Counted from the first letter of the stretch, positions 38,630 through 50,729 are shown. The stretch: 64,000 bases of DNA from Alphaproteobacteria bacterium UBA4588 (GCA_905182195.1 CAJJAW010000001.1:192254-256253); one strand, 5' to 3'. Made by a program: numbers and translations. Notes: a model not told the origin generated them from the sequence alone.

Positions 38630-39853
38630 ATGAGTTTTAATGTTGAAAAAGTCCGTGCAGATTTCCCTATTCTGTCCCGGCAGGTAAATAACAGGCCCTT
38701 GGTTTATCTCGATAACGGCGCGTCGGCGCAAAAGCCGCAGGTCGTGATTGACGCGGTTACTCAGGCCTACACTGCTGAATATGCGAATGTTCACCGTGGC
38801 CTACATTATCTGTCTAATCTAGCAACTGATAAATATGAGGCAGTGCGCGGTAAGGTTGCAAAATTTTTAAATGCTGCTTCGGAAGATAATATAGTGTTTA
38901 ATTCGGGGACCACTGAGGGGATAAATCTTATAGCCTATGGCTGGGCGATGCCACGCCTGCAAGCCGGTGATGAGATTGTTCTTTCTATCATGGAACACCA
39001 TGCAAATATTGTCCCGTGGCATTTTTTACGTGAACGCCTGGGAGTGAAGTTGGTCTGGGTAGATGTAGACGCAAATGGAGATTTAGATCCAGAGCGGATG
39101 ATTGCCGCTATGGGGTCGCGAACAAAGTTAGTAGCAATCACACAGATGTCTAATGTTTTGGGCACAGTAGTGGATGTAAAAACTATCACACAAGCTGCGC
39201 AGGCTATAGGCGCCGCTGTACTTGTTGATGGCTCCCAAGCCGCGGTACACATGCCGGTTGATGTACAAGATATTGGCTGTGATTTTTATGCAGTTACTGG
39301 CCACAAACTTTATGCCCCTAGCGGCTCTGGTGCTATTTATATTCGCCCAGAACGTATGGCTGAGATGCGCCCGTTCATGGGCGGTGGTGATATGATCCGG
39401 GATGTGGGCCGTGAAGTGATAACTTACAATTCGCCTCCTATGATGTTTGAGGCTGGAACGCCCGGCATCGTGCAGCAAATTGGACTGGGAGTGGCACTCG
39501 ATTATATGATGGACATCGGAATGGAGAATATTGCTGTTCATGAAAAAGCGCTTTGTGGCTATGCTCGTGACAGGTTAGATGGTTTGAATTGGCTTAATGT
39601 GCAGGGCCAATCTGCCACGAAGGGTGCTATATTTTCCTTCACGCTCAATGGACCAGCGCATGCCCACGATATCTCTACTGTACTTGATAAAAAAGGCATT
39701 GCTGTGCGGGCTGGGCAACACTGTGCACAACCGCTAATGGAGTTCCTGGACGTTACCGCAACCTGCCGTGCTAGTTTCGCGATGTATAATAATGAAGCAG
39801 AGGTAGACGCCTTAGTGGATGGTTTGGAGTTTTGCCAAGAGTTGTTTGGATAA
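38630..39853 (+). CDS. sufS: cysteine desulfurase SufS (class II)
   Basis: FPILSRQVNNRPLVYLDNGASAQKP, TGHKLYAPSG (PLP lysine) and RAGQHCAQP (active-site Cys). Confidence 0.93.
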   Translation: MSFNVEKVRADFPILSRQVNNRPLVYLDNGASAQKPQVVIDAVTQAYTAEYANVHRGLHYLSNLATDKYEAVRGKVAKFLNAASEDNIVFNSGTTEGINLIAYGWAMPRLQAGDEIVLSIMEHHANIVPWHFLRERLGVKLVWVDVDANGDLDPERMIAAMGSRTKLVAITQMSNVLGTVVDVKTITQAAQAIGAAVLVDGSQAAVHMPVDVQDIGCDFYAVTGHKLYAPSGSGAIYIRPERMAEMRPFMGGGDMIRDVGREVITYNSPPMMFEAGTPGIVQQIGLGVALDYMMDIGMENIAVHEKALCGYARDRLDGLNWLNVQGQSATKGAIFSFTLNGPAHAHDISTVLDKKGIAVRAGQHCAQPLMEFLDVTATCRASFAMYNNEAEVDALVDGLEFCQELFG

Positions 39854-39994
39854 GACAGAGAATAGAATTATAAGAATTATATAAAGATGTGTTGGAGGTC
39901 AGCCTTTTAACATCGCTGCCAGTCCAAAGTTAACTATTTAAATACATCCTACGCCCTAAGATACTTTAGTGGATCTAATTGCCAATTTGGCAAA

Positions 39995-40285
39995 CTACTC
40001 AGCGCCTTCAATTAGCATCAAATCAGTGTCTGAACATTCGTCGCGTAGCACCTTTGCTGCTTGGTAGTCGTCACTCATATAAAATGTTTTTGCAGTGTCG
40101 AAGCTATCAAACTCTATCATCATTACGATACCACTTAAATTGCCTTCATGTCGTTCAGCATTTGGGCCTCTTGCTAATACTTTACCTCCATGAGCTTTAA
40201 TTACAGGACCAGCCATACCTGAAAATGCGGCAAACTTTTCTTCGTCATGTACACGTATGTTGGCAACTAAATATCCCTTGGGCAT
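39995..40285 (-). CDS. DUF1330 domain protein
   Basis: MPKGYLVANIRVHDEEKF...Y.SDDYQAAK pattern. The paralogue at 50399..50689 starts MPKALWIAHVNV. An alternative upstream ATG is at 40306. Confidence 0.75.
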   Translation of the reverse strand: MPKGYLVANIRVHDEEKFAAFSGMAGPVIKAHGGKVLARGPNAERHEGNLSGIVMMIEFDSFDTAKTFYMSDDYQAAKVLRDECSDTDLMLIEGAE

Positions 40286-40368
40286 TTTTACTGGTCCTTT
40301 TTTCATATGAGGCGGGCAAAAAATTTTTGGTGTAATTGCCAGGCGCTTATTTAAATTAATTTAATTTA

Positions 40369-40665
40369 TTACTTAGTAGTGCTCCACACGCCACAATCTT
40401 TTGCAGCTATGGAAAATTCGTATCCCACAAACTCTTCATCACCATTAACCCAGCCATCATGTCCAGGTGCAAATGTGTATGCATCACCCGGATGAACTCT
40501 GATTTCGGATCCATCATCATGTGCCACAGTCATGGAGCCTGATATAAGTACGCCAACGTGAGCAGCCTGGCAACTATGACCCCCAACAAGTGGCTTTACG
40601 CATTCCGACCATTTCCAACCTGGCTGCAGCACAAGTTTTGTTGCTGTAGCAACTCCTAAATTCAC
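40369..40665 (-). CDS. cupin domain protein (N-terminus possibly displaced by a frameshift, see findings)
   Basis: LQPGWKWSECVKP...CQAAHVGVLISGSMTVAHDDGSE...PGDAYTFAPGHDGW is a cupin beta-barrel motif pattern. The only canonical in-frame start is the GTG at 40665. Confidence 0.7.
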   Translation of the reverse strand: MNLGVATATKLVLQPGWKWSECVKPLVGGHSCQAAHVGVLISGSMTVAHDDGSEIRVHPGDAYTFAPGHDGWVNGDEEFVGYEFSIAAKDCGVWSTTK

Positions 40666-41224
40666 AGATGCCGAATAAGTTTTAGCGGGGTCTTTTACAA
40701 TATCGGGATTACCAAAAAGATTTGCTAGATAGTGAGTTTGACATATTTGTCTCCATATTTAATAAGAATCATGTTCCTTCTAAAATTCATAAACTGTAGT
40801 TTTGGCGCCTCATAGTACATTATTTGTACTGAACATTTTTTTGATAATTTTAATTATTTTTCAAATTATAGATTTCAGCGGGTTTAGTAATTGATATCTA
40901 TTGTGTGGATATAAGAAAGTGATACGTAACTCAGATATAGCTATGATTGTAATGGCAATAGTAATGTTTAATTTACCTACTAAATTTTCTGCTATGTCAT
41001 AAGAACTACACGGCAGGAAATGAATGCGCCATCACCACCGATGTAGACTTTGATTTATGATCGTGAGGTTTAGATTTTTCAAATCTTACCAATAATATTG
41101 AACTCCTAGGGGCCCTTTTTTATTCATGATCGCTGATGCTGTAATAAAATTATATTGAGGTATAGTAAATTATTAAAAACATAAAGTTTACTGCATAATA
41201 AATTGTTTTAGTTTATTTAAAGTT

Positions 41225-41298
41225 TGGAGCGGGTAACGGGAATTGAACCCGTAACTTAAGCTTGGGAAGCTCGCGTGATACCTTTTCACCATACCCGC
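41225..41298 (-). tRNA. tRNA-Gly (anticodon CCC)
   Basis: The reverse complement GCGGGTATGGTGAAAAGGTATCACGCGAGCTTCCCAAGCTTAAGTTACGGGTTCAATTCCCGTTACCCGCTCCA forms a cloverleaf. It has GCGGGTA/TACCCGC acceptor, GTGA/TCAC D stem, anticodon loop TTCCCAA, ACGGG/CCCGT T stem and an encoded CCA. Confidence 0.9.
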
Positions 41299-41365
41299 AT
41301 AAATTTCTCGGTAATTGGTTCTCGGGGTCTCGTCAACTTGTAAAACCTGTTGGCGCTTTGAAAGT

Positions 41366-43393
41366 TTAGCGCCGCCTGCGCCGCCCAGTGCCGCCGCCGC
41401 CAGTATTAAAATTCACATCTGGTAGGGGTACTGTGGCTTTAAGAAGTGAGAATGAATCGCTAGAGTTGGGAATGGCGGATGCATTTACAAAATGCTCTTG
41501 GAATTTTGGTTCTATTGCGGTTTCTATCTTTTCAATTTTACGGACGGTCTGCTCAATTGCATTACGTTGAGATGTGTCAATCAAGGCTATCCGTGCACCT
41601 GACCCCGCAGCATTGCCTGCGGATGTAACCCGCTCAAACGGTACGTCAGGTATCATTCCTAAAACCATGGCATGCTTGGGTGAGATGTGTGCCCCGAAGG
41701 CTCCCGCTAAAACTACACGATCAACTTTATCTACGCCAAACTTATCCATCAACAATCGCGCACCTGAATACAGAGCCGCTTTGGCCATTTGAATGGCGCG
41801 GATATCAGGGTTAGTTACAGTTATTTTGGGGCCGCCTGTGGCACTGCCGTCATACATAACATAGCTGTTGGTGCGACCATCCAAGACGCAGCGCTCGGTT
41901 CCTGTTTGCTCCGCCGAGCCAATTAATCCTGATGGGTCAAGTAGCCCTGCCATACGCATCTCCGCAATAGCCTCAATGATTCCTGAGCCACAGATGCCTG
42001 TTATGCCACTATCTTTGACGGCATCCCAAAATCCGTTTTCATCTGACCATAGCTCACAACCTATTACTCTAAATTTGGGCTCTTTTGTGAGGGGGTCGAT
42101 CTCAACTTTCTCGATGGCACCAGGCGCTGCGCGCTGGCCTGAAGTGATTTGTGCGCCCTCAAAAGCGGGACCAGTCGGCGATGAGCAGGCCAATACCTTT
42201 TCTTTATTGCCCAGCAAAATTTCTGCATTGGTACCGACATCAACTACCAGCACCAGATCGTCTGATTTATCCGGCGCTTCCGACAGGGCGACAGCGGCCG
42301 CATCTGCGCCTACGTGGCCTGCAATACATGGTAGAATATAAACTCTAGCGCTTGGATGAATATTGATATCCAACTGATGGGCAAACAGCCGTAACGCATT
42401 AGACGTGGCAAGGGCAAAGGGGGCTTGACCAAGCTCAAATGGATCAATGCCCAAAAACAGGTGATGCATCACTGGGTTGCATACAAAGACTGCGTCCATG
42501 ATCAACGTTTTATCTATTTCCGCTTCGGCCGAGATTTGGGTAAACAACGCGTCCATCCCGTCACGCACAGCCCGGGTCATTTCTTTGTCGCCGCCAGGAT
42601 TCATCATGGCATAGCTGACACGGCTCATTAGGTCTTCCCCAAACCTAATTTGTGGGTTCATCTGACCGGAAGACGCTACTACATCTCCGGTACGTAAATC
42701 ACAAAGGTGAGCTGCTATAGTCGTGGAGCCTAAGTCGACTGCGATGCCATAGATTGTACCTTCATACAAACCTGGCCAAAGGTGGACGATTTGTGGATCA
42801 ATTCCGTTGTCGGCATGATGCACTGCACATGTGACGGTCCAGTTATCTTTACGCAATATTTGCTGCATTTGAGGCAGAATGTTGAAGTCTGCTTGAAGGT
42901 TCTTTAGCTGCCACTGAGTTTCCAGAGCGTGTACTAAGCGCTCGAGGTCGCCAGATGGATTGTGCATGTCAGGTTCTTCAACCTCAACGTAATAAAGCCT
43001 TGTCGAGGGGTTTAGGGTGATGTTGAGAACCTCAGCGCGTTTGCGCACTACTTGCTTATGCACTTGGCTCTCCGGAGGCACGTCAATTACGATATCGCCC
43101 TGCACGGTGGCCTGACATCCCAAACGACGGCCGTCTATCAAGCCGCGTTTGTCTTTGTAGCGCTGCTCTACCGAATTCCAACCTGACAGTGCACCCGGAG
43201 CCACGGTTACCCCGTGTTTTGAAAACTCTCCATAACCTGGTGTAATTTGGCACTTTGAGCAAATCCCCCTGCCGCCACAAACAGAGTCAAGATCAACACC
43301 CAATTGGCGCGCTGCCGTGAGAATTGGCGTGCCCGTCTCAAAGTGGCCACGCTTACCGGAGGGTGTGAATAGGACCAGATGCTCTTGTGTCAT
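41366..43393 (-). CDS. 2Fe-2S ferredoxin domain fused to an ASKHA/DUF4445 ATPase (RamA/RACo-like corrinoid reductive activase)
   Basis: N-terminal plant-type ferredoxin LVLFTPSGKRGHFETG...CGGRGICSKCQ, then a long actin-like ATPase region (AVDLGSTTIAAHL..., VVDVGTNAEILLG, GICGSGIIEAIA). Start at MTQEH (ATG 43393). Confidence 0.8.
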   Translation of the reverse strand: MTQEHLVLFTPSGKRGHFETGTPILTAARQLGVDLDSVCGGRGICSKCQITPGYGEFSKHGVTVAPGALSGWNSVEQRYKDKRGLIDGRRLGCQATVQGDIVIDVPPESQVHKQVVRKRAEVLNITLNPSTRLYYVEVEEPDMHNPSGDLERLVHALETQWQLKNLQADFNILPQMQQILRKDNWTVTCAVHHADNGIDPQIVHLWPGLYEGTIYGIAVDLGSTTIAAHLCDLRTGDVVASSGQMNPQIRFGEDLMSRVSYAMMNPGGDKEMTRAVRDGMDALFTQISAEAEIDKTLIMDAVFVCNPVMHHLFLGIDPFELGQAPFALATSNALRLFAHQLDINIHPSARVYILPCIAGHVGADAAAVALSEAPDKSDDLVLVVDVGTNAEILLGNKEKVLACSSPTGPAFEGAQITSGQRAAPGAIEKVEIDPLTKEPKFRVIGCELWSDENGFWDAVKDSGITGICGSGIIEAIAEMRMAGLLDPSGLIGSAEQTGTERCVLDGRTNSYVMYDGSATGGPKITVTNPDIRAIQMAKAALYSGARLLMDKFGVDKVDRVVLAGAFGAHISPKHAMVLGMIPDVPFERVTSAGNAAGSGARIALIDTSQRNAIEQTVRKIEKIETAIEPKFQEHFVNASAIPNSSDSFSLLKATVPLPDVNFNTGGGGTGRRRRR

Positions 43394-43465
43394 GCCTAAA
43401 GCCTTTGCGATGTGTTGAGGCAACCTACTCTTACCTTGCCTGGGGTATAGTGCTTCTGCGGCTGA

Positions 43466-45100
<1,635 letters not shown>

Positions 45101-46270
45101 ATGACACCTGGTGCGCGGATTGCGGCATCCATTGAAGTTCTTGACGCTGTTCTTGTGGGGGCCCCAGCTGAAAAAACACTCACTAATTGGGGCAGAAGTA
45201 ATCGTTTTGCAGGCTCCAAGGATAGGGCGGCTATTCGTGACTTGGTGTTCCAAGCCATCCGCTGCCGAAGAACCTCGGGAGCTTGGCCGGTGGCACACTC
45301 TGCTCGAGCCTGGGCTATAGGGTCATTACACGCCAATGATGAGGATCCTGTAGAGGTTTTTACTGGAGCAGGCCACGCGCCTGAAGAGTTGACCGCGGAC
45401 GAAACGATTAGGCCCGAGCTATCTGAGCTCGATGTGTGGGACCTGCAGGATTGGACGATCCAGAACTTGATTGAGTTCTATGGTGATCATCAAGCTTGGG
45501 AAATAGCTCAGGTTTTGCGGCATAGGGCTCCTATTTCCCTGCGGGTGAATTTGCAAAAGGCCTCTGTTGAATTGGTTCAATCTGAGCTAGCACTAAATGG
45601 TATTGAGACAGCCATTAACAACGTCTGTGATACAGCACTCACCGTACAAAATAATCCCAGGCGTGTTGTTTTGCAGGACGCATTTGTTAAAGGATGGTTT
45701 GAATTTCAAGATGCCGCATCGCAGGCAGTGACTGCTGCTATTCCAGCCCATGGACGAATATTAGATTATTGTGCCGGTGGGGGTGGTAAATCACTCGCCT
45801 TGGCCGCCAGAACTGGTGGCAAGATATTTTCACATGACGTGAACTTAGGTCGTATGACTGATATTCCGCTGCGCGCTACACGTGGGGGCCATGACGTTCA
45901 GGTGATACCCCCAAAGGATCTGAACCCCACAGAGAAATTTGATACTGTGATTTGTGATTTGCCATGTACGGGTAGCGGGGCGTGGCGCCGCTCACCAGAG
46001 GGAAAGTGGAAGCTAACTGAATCTGATCTGGAGAGATATGTCGAGCTTCAATGTGAGATTCTAACCAAGGCAGTAGGGCATATTGGGCCTGGTGGTACGT
46101 TGGCCTTGATTACCTGCTCAATTTTCAAGTTTGAGAATCAAATGCAGCGAGATTTTATAATTAAAACCTTCCCAGAATTAAGTATTTTGACAGAAAAACA
46201 ATATTTACCGTCCCCCAGCCAAGATGGTTTATATTTGGCTGTTTTCCAAAATAATATTAAAATATATTGA
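45101..46270 (+). CDS. RsmB/NOP-family SAM-dependent RNA (cytosine-C5) methyltransferase
   Basis: DYCAGGGGKSLAL (SAM site) and DLPCTGSGAWRRSPE (catalytic Cys motif). Confidence 0.85.
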   Translation: MTPGARIAASIEVLDAVLVGAPAEKTLTNWGRSNRFAGSKDRAAIRDLVFQAIRCRRTSGAWPVAHSARAWAIGSLHANDEDPVEVFTGAGHAPEELTADETIRPELSELDVWDLQDWTIQNLIEFYGDHQAWEIAQVLRHRAPISLRVNLQKASVELVQSELALNGIETAINNVCDTALTVQNNPRRVVLQDAFVKGWFEFQDAASQAVTAAIPAHGRILDYCAGGGGKSLALAARTGGKIFSHDVNLGRMTDIPLRATRGGHDVQVIPPKDLNPTEKFDTVICDLPCTGSGAWRRSPEGKWKLTESDLERYVELQCEILTKAVGHIGPGGTLALITCSIFKFENQMQRDFIIKTFPELSILTEKQYLPSPSQDGLYLAVFQNNIKIY

Positions 46271-46399
46271 ATTGTGTTTTCCAAACGGTGAGAGAAAAAG
46301 ATTAAATCACCAAAAAATAGGTGTTTTAATTTAAATATTAATTAACTAAAAACGATCAATTAGTATTTAACTGAGCAGTATCATAAGTTTTAAGAAAAA

Positions 46400-46449
46400 A
46401 TTCTTGATTTGTTCTTGTTTTGGTCCCATAAGGGGAACAAGACGCGAAC
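46400..46449. promoter_or_regulatory. SOS (LexA) box region upstream of recA: GAAC-N7-GAAC at 46435-46449, plus phased ATTC-N7-GTTC-N7-GGTC at 46400-46425
   Basis: The alphaproteobacterial LexA consensus is a GTTC/GAAC-N7 direct repeat. There is an exact match at 46435-46449, 50 bp before the recA ATG. The upstream repeats are imperfect. Confidence 0.7.
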
Positions 46450-46499
46450 ATTAGATCATTGTCCCCTTGGTAAGGGTATGGAATAAGGAGCTTGAAACA

Positions 46500-47600
46500 A
46501 TGGCAACGGCAGATTTACTCACAATGGCACCAAAATCAGGCGATCGCCAAAAGGCGCTAGACAGCGCTTTGGCGCAAATCGAACGTCAGTTCGGAAAAGG
46601 TTCAATTATGACTCTCGGTGAGGGTAGCGTTATTCAGGGGATTGAAGCTACCTCCACGGGCTCTATTGGGTTAGATATAGCACTTGGTATAGGCGGTTTA
46701 CCAAAGGGGAGGATCATCGAAGTATATGGACCTGAATCTTCAGGTAAAACAACTTTGACACTTCACTGCGTTGCGGAAGAACAGAAAAAAGGTGGAGTTT
46801 GCGCCTTTGTTGACGCGGAGCATGCGCTTGACCCTCTCTATGCTCAAAAACTGGGTGTAAATCTGGATGATTTACTAATCTCCCAACCAGACACTGGCGA
46901 GCAAGCCTTAGAGATTACTGATACATTGGTACGGTCAGGCGCTGTTTCAATGGTTGTGATTGATTCTGTTGCCGCTCTGACGCCACGTGCAGAACTTGAA
47001 GGCGATATGGGTGATCATCAGGTAGGAGCCCAAGCACGTTTGATGAGCCAAGCTATGCGCAAACTTACAGGTAGTATAAGCAAATCCAACTGTATGGTTA
47101 TTTTCATAAACCAAATTAGGATGAAAATAGGTGTAATGTTTGGTAGCCCTGAAACCACGTCAGGGGGCAATGCACTTAAATTTTATTCATCAGTTCGTCT
47201 GGATATACGCCGTATTGGGGCATTAAAAGATCGTGATGAAATTGTGGGTAACTCAACCCGTGTGAAAGTTGTAAAAAATAAAGTAGCACCACCATTCAAA
47301 CAGGTTGAATTTGACATTATGTATGGTGAGGGTATCTCAAAGATGGGTGAGCTCGTAGATCTGGGTGTTAAGGGTGGTATCGTTGAAAAGTCTGGAAGCT
47401 GGTACAGCTATGGCGATGAACGGATTGGACAGGGCCGTGAGAATGCTAAAATTTATCTTCGTGAAAACAGCGCTATGGCGTATGATATTGAAGAAAAAAT
47501 TCGTGCGGCACATGGGCTGGATTTTGAACGTCCAAAGGATGAGCCGAAGTCTAAGGAAGAACCCGCAACAAGTGACGAAGATAACGTGATTGATCTTTAG
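46500..47600 (+). CDS. recA: recombinase RecA
   Basis: [10 protein letters not shown] Walker A, and L1/L2 regions conserved. AAGGAG precedes ATG 46500. Confidence 0.96.
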   Translation: MATADLLTMAPKSGDRQKALDSALAQIERQFGKGSIMTLGEGSVIQGIEATSTGSIGLDIALGIGGLPKGRIIEVYGPESSGKTTLTLHCVAEEQKKGGVCAFVDAEHALDPLYAQKLGVNLDDLLISQPDTGEQALEITDTLVRSGAVSMVVIDSVAALTPRAELEGDMGDHQVGAQARLMSQAMRKLTGSISKSNCMVIFINQIRMKIGVMFGSPETTSGGNALKFYSSVRLDIRRIGALKDRDEIVGNSTRVKVVKNKVAPPFKQVEFDIMYGEGISKMGELVDLGVKGGIVEKSGSWYSYGDERIGQGRENAKIYLRENSAMAYDIEEKIRAAHGLDFERPKDEPKSKEEPATSDEDNVIDL

Positions 47601-47623
47601 TTTAGTTGAATTTTATTAAACTG

Positions 47624-47660
47624 CAAAACACCTTAAAACGCAAGTTTCCGGGGTGTTTTG
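47624..47660 (+). terminator. possible weak terminator after recA
   Basis: CAAAACACC ... GGTGTTTTG 9-bp stem, but with a 19-nt loop and only a short T tract. Confidence 0.3.
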
Positions 47661-47734
47661 CTTTGAAGTGGACACTTGGAAAAAGGAGTTGTAAGTCTTC
47701 GGGCAACGCCAAATTACAAGGTTATTGCTGACAA

Positions 47735-50395
47735 ATGCCCACGTTAAATGATATCCGCTCCACCTTTCTGAATTATTTTGATAAACATGGGCATCGTGTT
47801 TTGCCATCAAGCCCACTTGTGCCGCGCAATGACCCCACATTGATGTTCGCCAATTCAGGGATGGTACAGTTTAAAAACCTCTTTACTGGAGTGGAGACTC
47901 GCGGTTACTCGCGTGCCACCACAGCCCAAAAATGTGTGCGCGCCGGTGGTAAGCACAATGATCTTGATAATGTCGGATATACTGCGCGCCACCACACATT
48001 TTTTGAAATGATGGGCAACTTTAGTTTTGGAGATTATTTCAAAGAAGAGGCTATTTTCTTCGCTTGGGAAATGATCACCAAGGAACTGTGCATCCCCAAA
48101 GAAAAGTTGGTGGTAACCGTTTATCATGACGACGAGGAGGCGGTGGCCCTTTGGAAAAAAATTGCAGGTTTCACGGATAATAAAATCATCCGCATTGCAA
48201 CAGATGACAACTTTTGGATGATGGGTCCCACGGGGCCGTGTGGCCCCAGTTCAGAAATATTTTATGACCATGGCGACCATATTTGGGGTGGCCCCCCTGG
48301 GAGCCCTGAAGAGGATGGCGACCGTTTTGTCGAAATATGGAACCTCGTGTTCATGCAATACGAACAGTTTGAGGGTGGTTCGCGCAAGCCCTTGGCTGCC
48401 CAATCTATCGATACAGGCATGGGTATTGAAAGAGTAGCAGCTTTACTACAGGGAACAAATGATAATTACGCAACTGACCTTGTACGTAGCTTAATTGAAG
48501 CTTCAGCACACGCAACTTCGACTGACCCAGATGGACCGGATAAAACGCACCACCGCGTAATTGCCGATCATCTCCGTTCTACATCCTTCTTGATAGCTGA
48601 CGGTGTCTTGCCCTCCAAAGATGGCCGGGGCTATGTCCTGCGCAGAATAATGCGCCGTGCTATGCGCCATGCACATTTGATAGGGGCAGCAGATCCGTTG
48701 ATGCATCGCTTGGTGCCTTCATTGGTCCAACAAATGGGCGCTGCCTACCCAGAATTGGTGCAGGCGCAATCTATGATTGAAGAGACTTTGTATCAAGAAG
48801 AAGCTAGATTCCGTATCACGCTTGATCGTGGCTTGAAACTTCTTGAAGATGAAGTCCGGGACCTGAGCGCAGGTGGAGCTTTGCCCGGCGCTACAGCCTT
48901 TAAGCTATACGATACCTTTGGCTTTCCCTTAGATTTGACCCAAGATGCCCTACGAGAAAAAGGCAGGTCAGTTGACACTGACGGGTTTGATAGAGCTATG
49001 GCTGGACAAAAAGCTAAGGCTCGGGCAGCGTGGGCGGGATCAGGAGAGATGGCTGATGATACGCTTTGGTTTGATGTTTTAGACAATCATGGTGCCACAG
49101 ATTTTCTTGGCTATGATACAGAGCAGGCTGAGGGCCAAATTGTGGCAATTGTGACAGGTGGTTCTCAGGTTCAGGCAGCTGCTTTGGGCGACTCTTTACA
49201 AGTAGTTCTTAACCAAACGCCATTCTATGCTGAGAGCGGCGGACAAATTGGCGATAGTGGTAAAATCATAACAGAAACGGGTGTTATCAACATTACGAGC
49301 ACGCGGAAAACGGCAGATTTATTTATCCATATTGGCGTATTAAGTGAAGGTACCATTGCCAATGGTCAGGCAGCAGAGCTGCAGGTGGATGAGGGCCGCC
49401 GGAGTAGCATTCGCGCAAACCATTCTGCGACACATCTGTTACATGAGGCTCTTCGCCAGACGTTGGGTGAACACGTGGCACAGCGTGGATCATTAAATGA
49501 CGAGGATCGTCTGCGGTTTGATTTCAGCCATGTCCAAGCTTTAACTGCTTCGGAATTGCAGCAGGTCCAAACTGAAGTGAATAAATTCATTCGCCAAAAT
49601 TGTAACGTTGAAACTCGAATTATGACGCCCAATGATGCGCGGGCCCTTGGTGCTCAGGCGTTGTTTGGTGAGAAATATGGAGAAGAGGTGCGGGTTGTTT
49701 CTATGGGACGATTACAAGATTCGGGCAAAGGCGTCTTAAAAGATACTTACAGTCTCGAATTATGCGGTGGCACCCATGTAATGCAAACCGGTGATATTGG
49801 TGGCTTTGTCCTGCTAAGCGATGGGGCCTCATCTGCGGGTGTGCGGCGTATCGAAGCACTTACGGGCGCGGGGGCTGACGCGCATATTCAAAACCAGTTT
49901 AAATCTTTGGCTGAGGCTGCCACAATATTGAAAGTGCAACCAGCAGAGATTTCTCGTCGCGCACAACAGCTTTTAGATGAACGCAGGTCCCTACAAAATG
50001 AGGTTGCCAACCTGCGGCGCGAGCTAGCCATGGCTGGCGGTGCGGATACGGCGGCGGTAGAGCCAGCGATGGTGGGCGGCCGGGCGCTTTTGGCTCAGGT
50101 GCTGAAGGGTGTTACTGGTCGGGATTTACCTGCATTGGTGGATGCTCACAAGGTCAAAATTGGCTCGGGTGTTGTTTTGTTGATTGCAGATGCCGATGGC
50201 AAAGCTGCGGTAGCCGCTGGCGTGACCGATGATCTGACTGATAGTTTATCCGCTGTAGACATAGTAAAAATAGTAGTGGAAAAACTTGGAGGCAAGGGTG
50301 GCGGTGGCCGCGCCGACATGGCGCAGGGTGGCGCCAAATCTGTTGAAACCGCTGAGGCTGCGATTGCGGCTATTAAAACACATATGGAAGGTTAA
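47735..50395 (+). CDS. alaS: alanine--tRNA ligase
   Basis: 886 aa with [18 protein letters not shown] and the C-terminal editing and DHHA1 regions. Confidence 0.96.
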   Translation: MPTLNDIRSTFLNYFDKHGHRVLPSSPLVPRNDPTLMFANSGMVQFKNLFTGVETRGYSRATTAQKCVRAGGKHNDLDNVGYTARHHTFFEMMGNFSFGDYFKEEAIFFAWEMITKELCIPKEKLVVTVYHDDEEAVALWKKIAGFTDNKIIRIATDDNFWMMGPTGPCGPSSEIFYDHGDHIWGGPPGSPEEDGDRFVEIWNLVFMQYEQFEGGSRKPLAAQSIDTGMGIERVAALLQGTNDNYATDLVRSLIEASAHATSTDPDGPDKTHHRVIADHLRSTSFLIADGVLPSKDGRGYVLRRIMRRAMRHAHLIGAADPLMHRLVPSLVQQMGAAYPELVQAQSMIEETLYQEEARFRITLDRGLKLLEDEVRDLSAGGALPGATAFKLYDTFGFPLDLTQDALREKGRSVDTDGFDRAMAGQKAKARAAWAGSGEMADDTLWFDVLDNHGATDFLGYDTEQAEGQIVAIVTGGSQVQAAALGDSLQVVLNQTPFYAESGGQIGDSGKIITETGVINITSTRKTADLFIHIGVLSEGTIANGQAAELQVDEGRRSSIRANHSATHLLHEALRQTLGEHVAQRGSLNDEDRLRFDFSHVQALTASELQQVQTEVNKFIRQNCNVETRIMTPNDARALGAQALFGEKYGEEVRVVSMGRLQDSGKGVLKDTYSLELCGGTHVMQTGDIGGFVLLSDGASSAGVRRIEALTGAGADAHIQNQFKSLAEAATILKVQPAEISRRAQQLLDERRSLQNEVANLRRELAMAGGADTAAVEPAMVGGRALLAQVLKGVTGRDLPALVDAHKVKIGSGVVLLIADADGKAAVAAGVTDDLTDSLSAVDIVKIVVEKLGGKGGGGRADMAQGGAKSVETAEAAIAAIKTHMEG

Positions 50396-50398
50396 AAA

Positions 50399-50689
50399 AT
50401 GCCAAAAGCATTATGGATAGCACATGTAAATGTTTTGGATGCAGACTTACTTGCGGCCTATGCCTCAGCTGCCACACCCGTGATTACAGAGCATGGCGGC
50501 GTATTTTTGGCCCGGGGTGGCGCCTATGAGCAGCTCGAGGGACAAGATCACACTCGCAATGTTGTGGCTCAGTTTCCTAGCCTGCAAGCCGCACACGATT
50601 GCTACCATTCTGAGGGCTATCAAGCCGCTATTAAATTGGGTGAGGGCGGGTTTCAACGCAGTTTATTGATTGTTGAAACAGTCAACTAA
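50399..50689 (+). CDS. DUF1330 domain protein
   Basis: MPKALWIAHVNVLDADLLAAY...YHSEGYQAAIKL; paralogue of 39995..40285. Confidence 0.75.
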   Translation: MPKALWIAHVNVLDADLLAAYASAATPVITEHGGVFLARGGAYEQLEGQDHTRNVVAQFPSLQAAHDCYHSEGYQAAIKLGEGGFQRSLLIVETVN

Positions 50690-50694
50690 TTGGT

Positions 50695-50722
50695 GAGGAT
50701 GTAGGCCTAAACCTACATCCTT
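50695..50722. terminator. hairpin between convergent DUF1330 and typA genes (GGATGTAGG / CCTACATCC)
   Basis: 9-bp perfect stem with a 6-nt loop, located between the two stop codons. The T tract is only modest. Confidence 0.45.
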
Positions 50723-50729
50723 CCTATCT

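Noticed and set aside
39979-39993. Palindrome TTGCCAA-T-TTGGCAA just downstream of the DUF1330 stop
   Set aside because: There is a single copy, the 1-nt spacer prevents a full hairpin, no T tract follows and no associated regulator is present. It cannot be distinguished from chance.
40943-41002. 19-aa hydrophobic mini-ORF (MIVMAIVMFNLPTKFSAMS) in the AT-rich tract, considered as a type I toxin-like peptide
   Set aside because: No Shine-Dalgarno sequence, no obvious antisense RNA promoter or terminator pair, and AT-rich DNA readily yields such ORFs. The evidence is insufficient.
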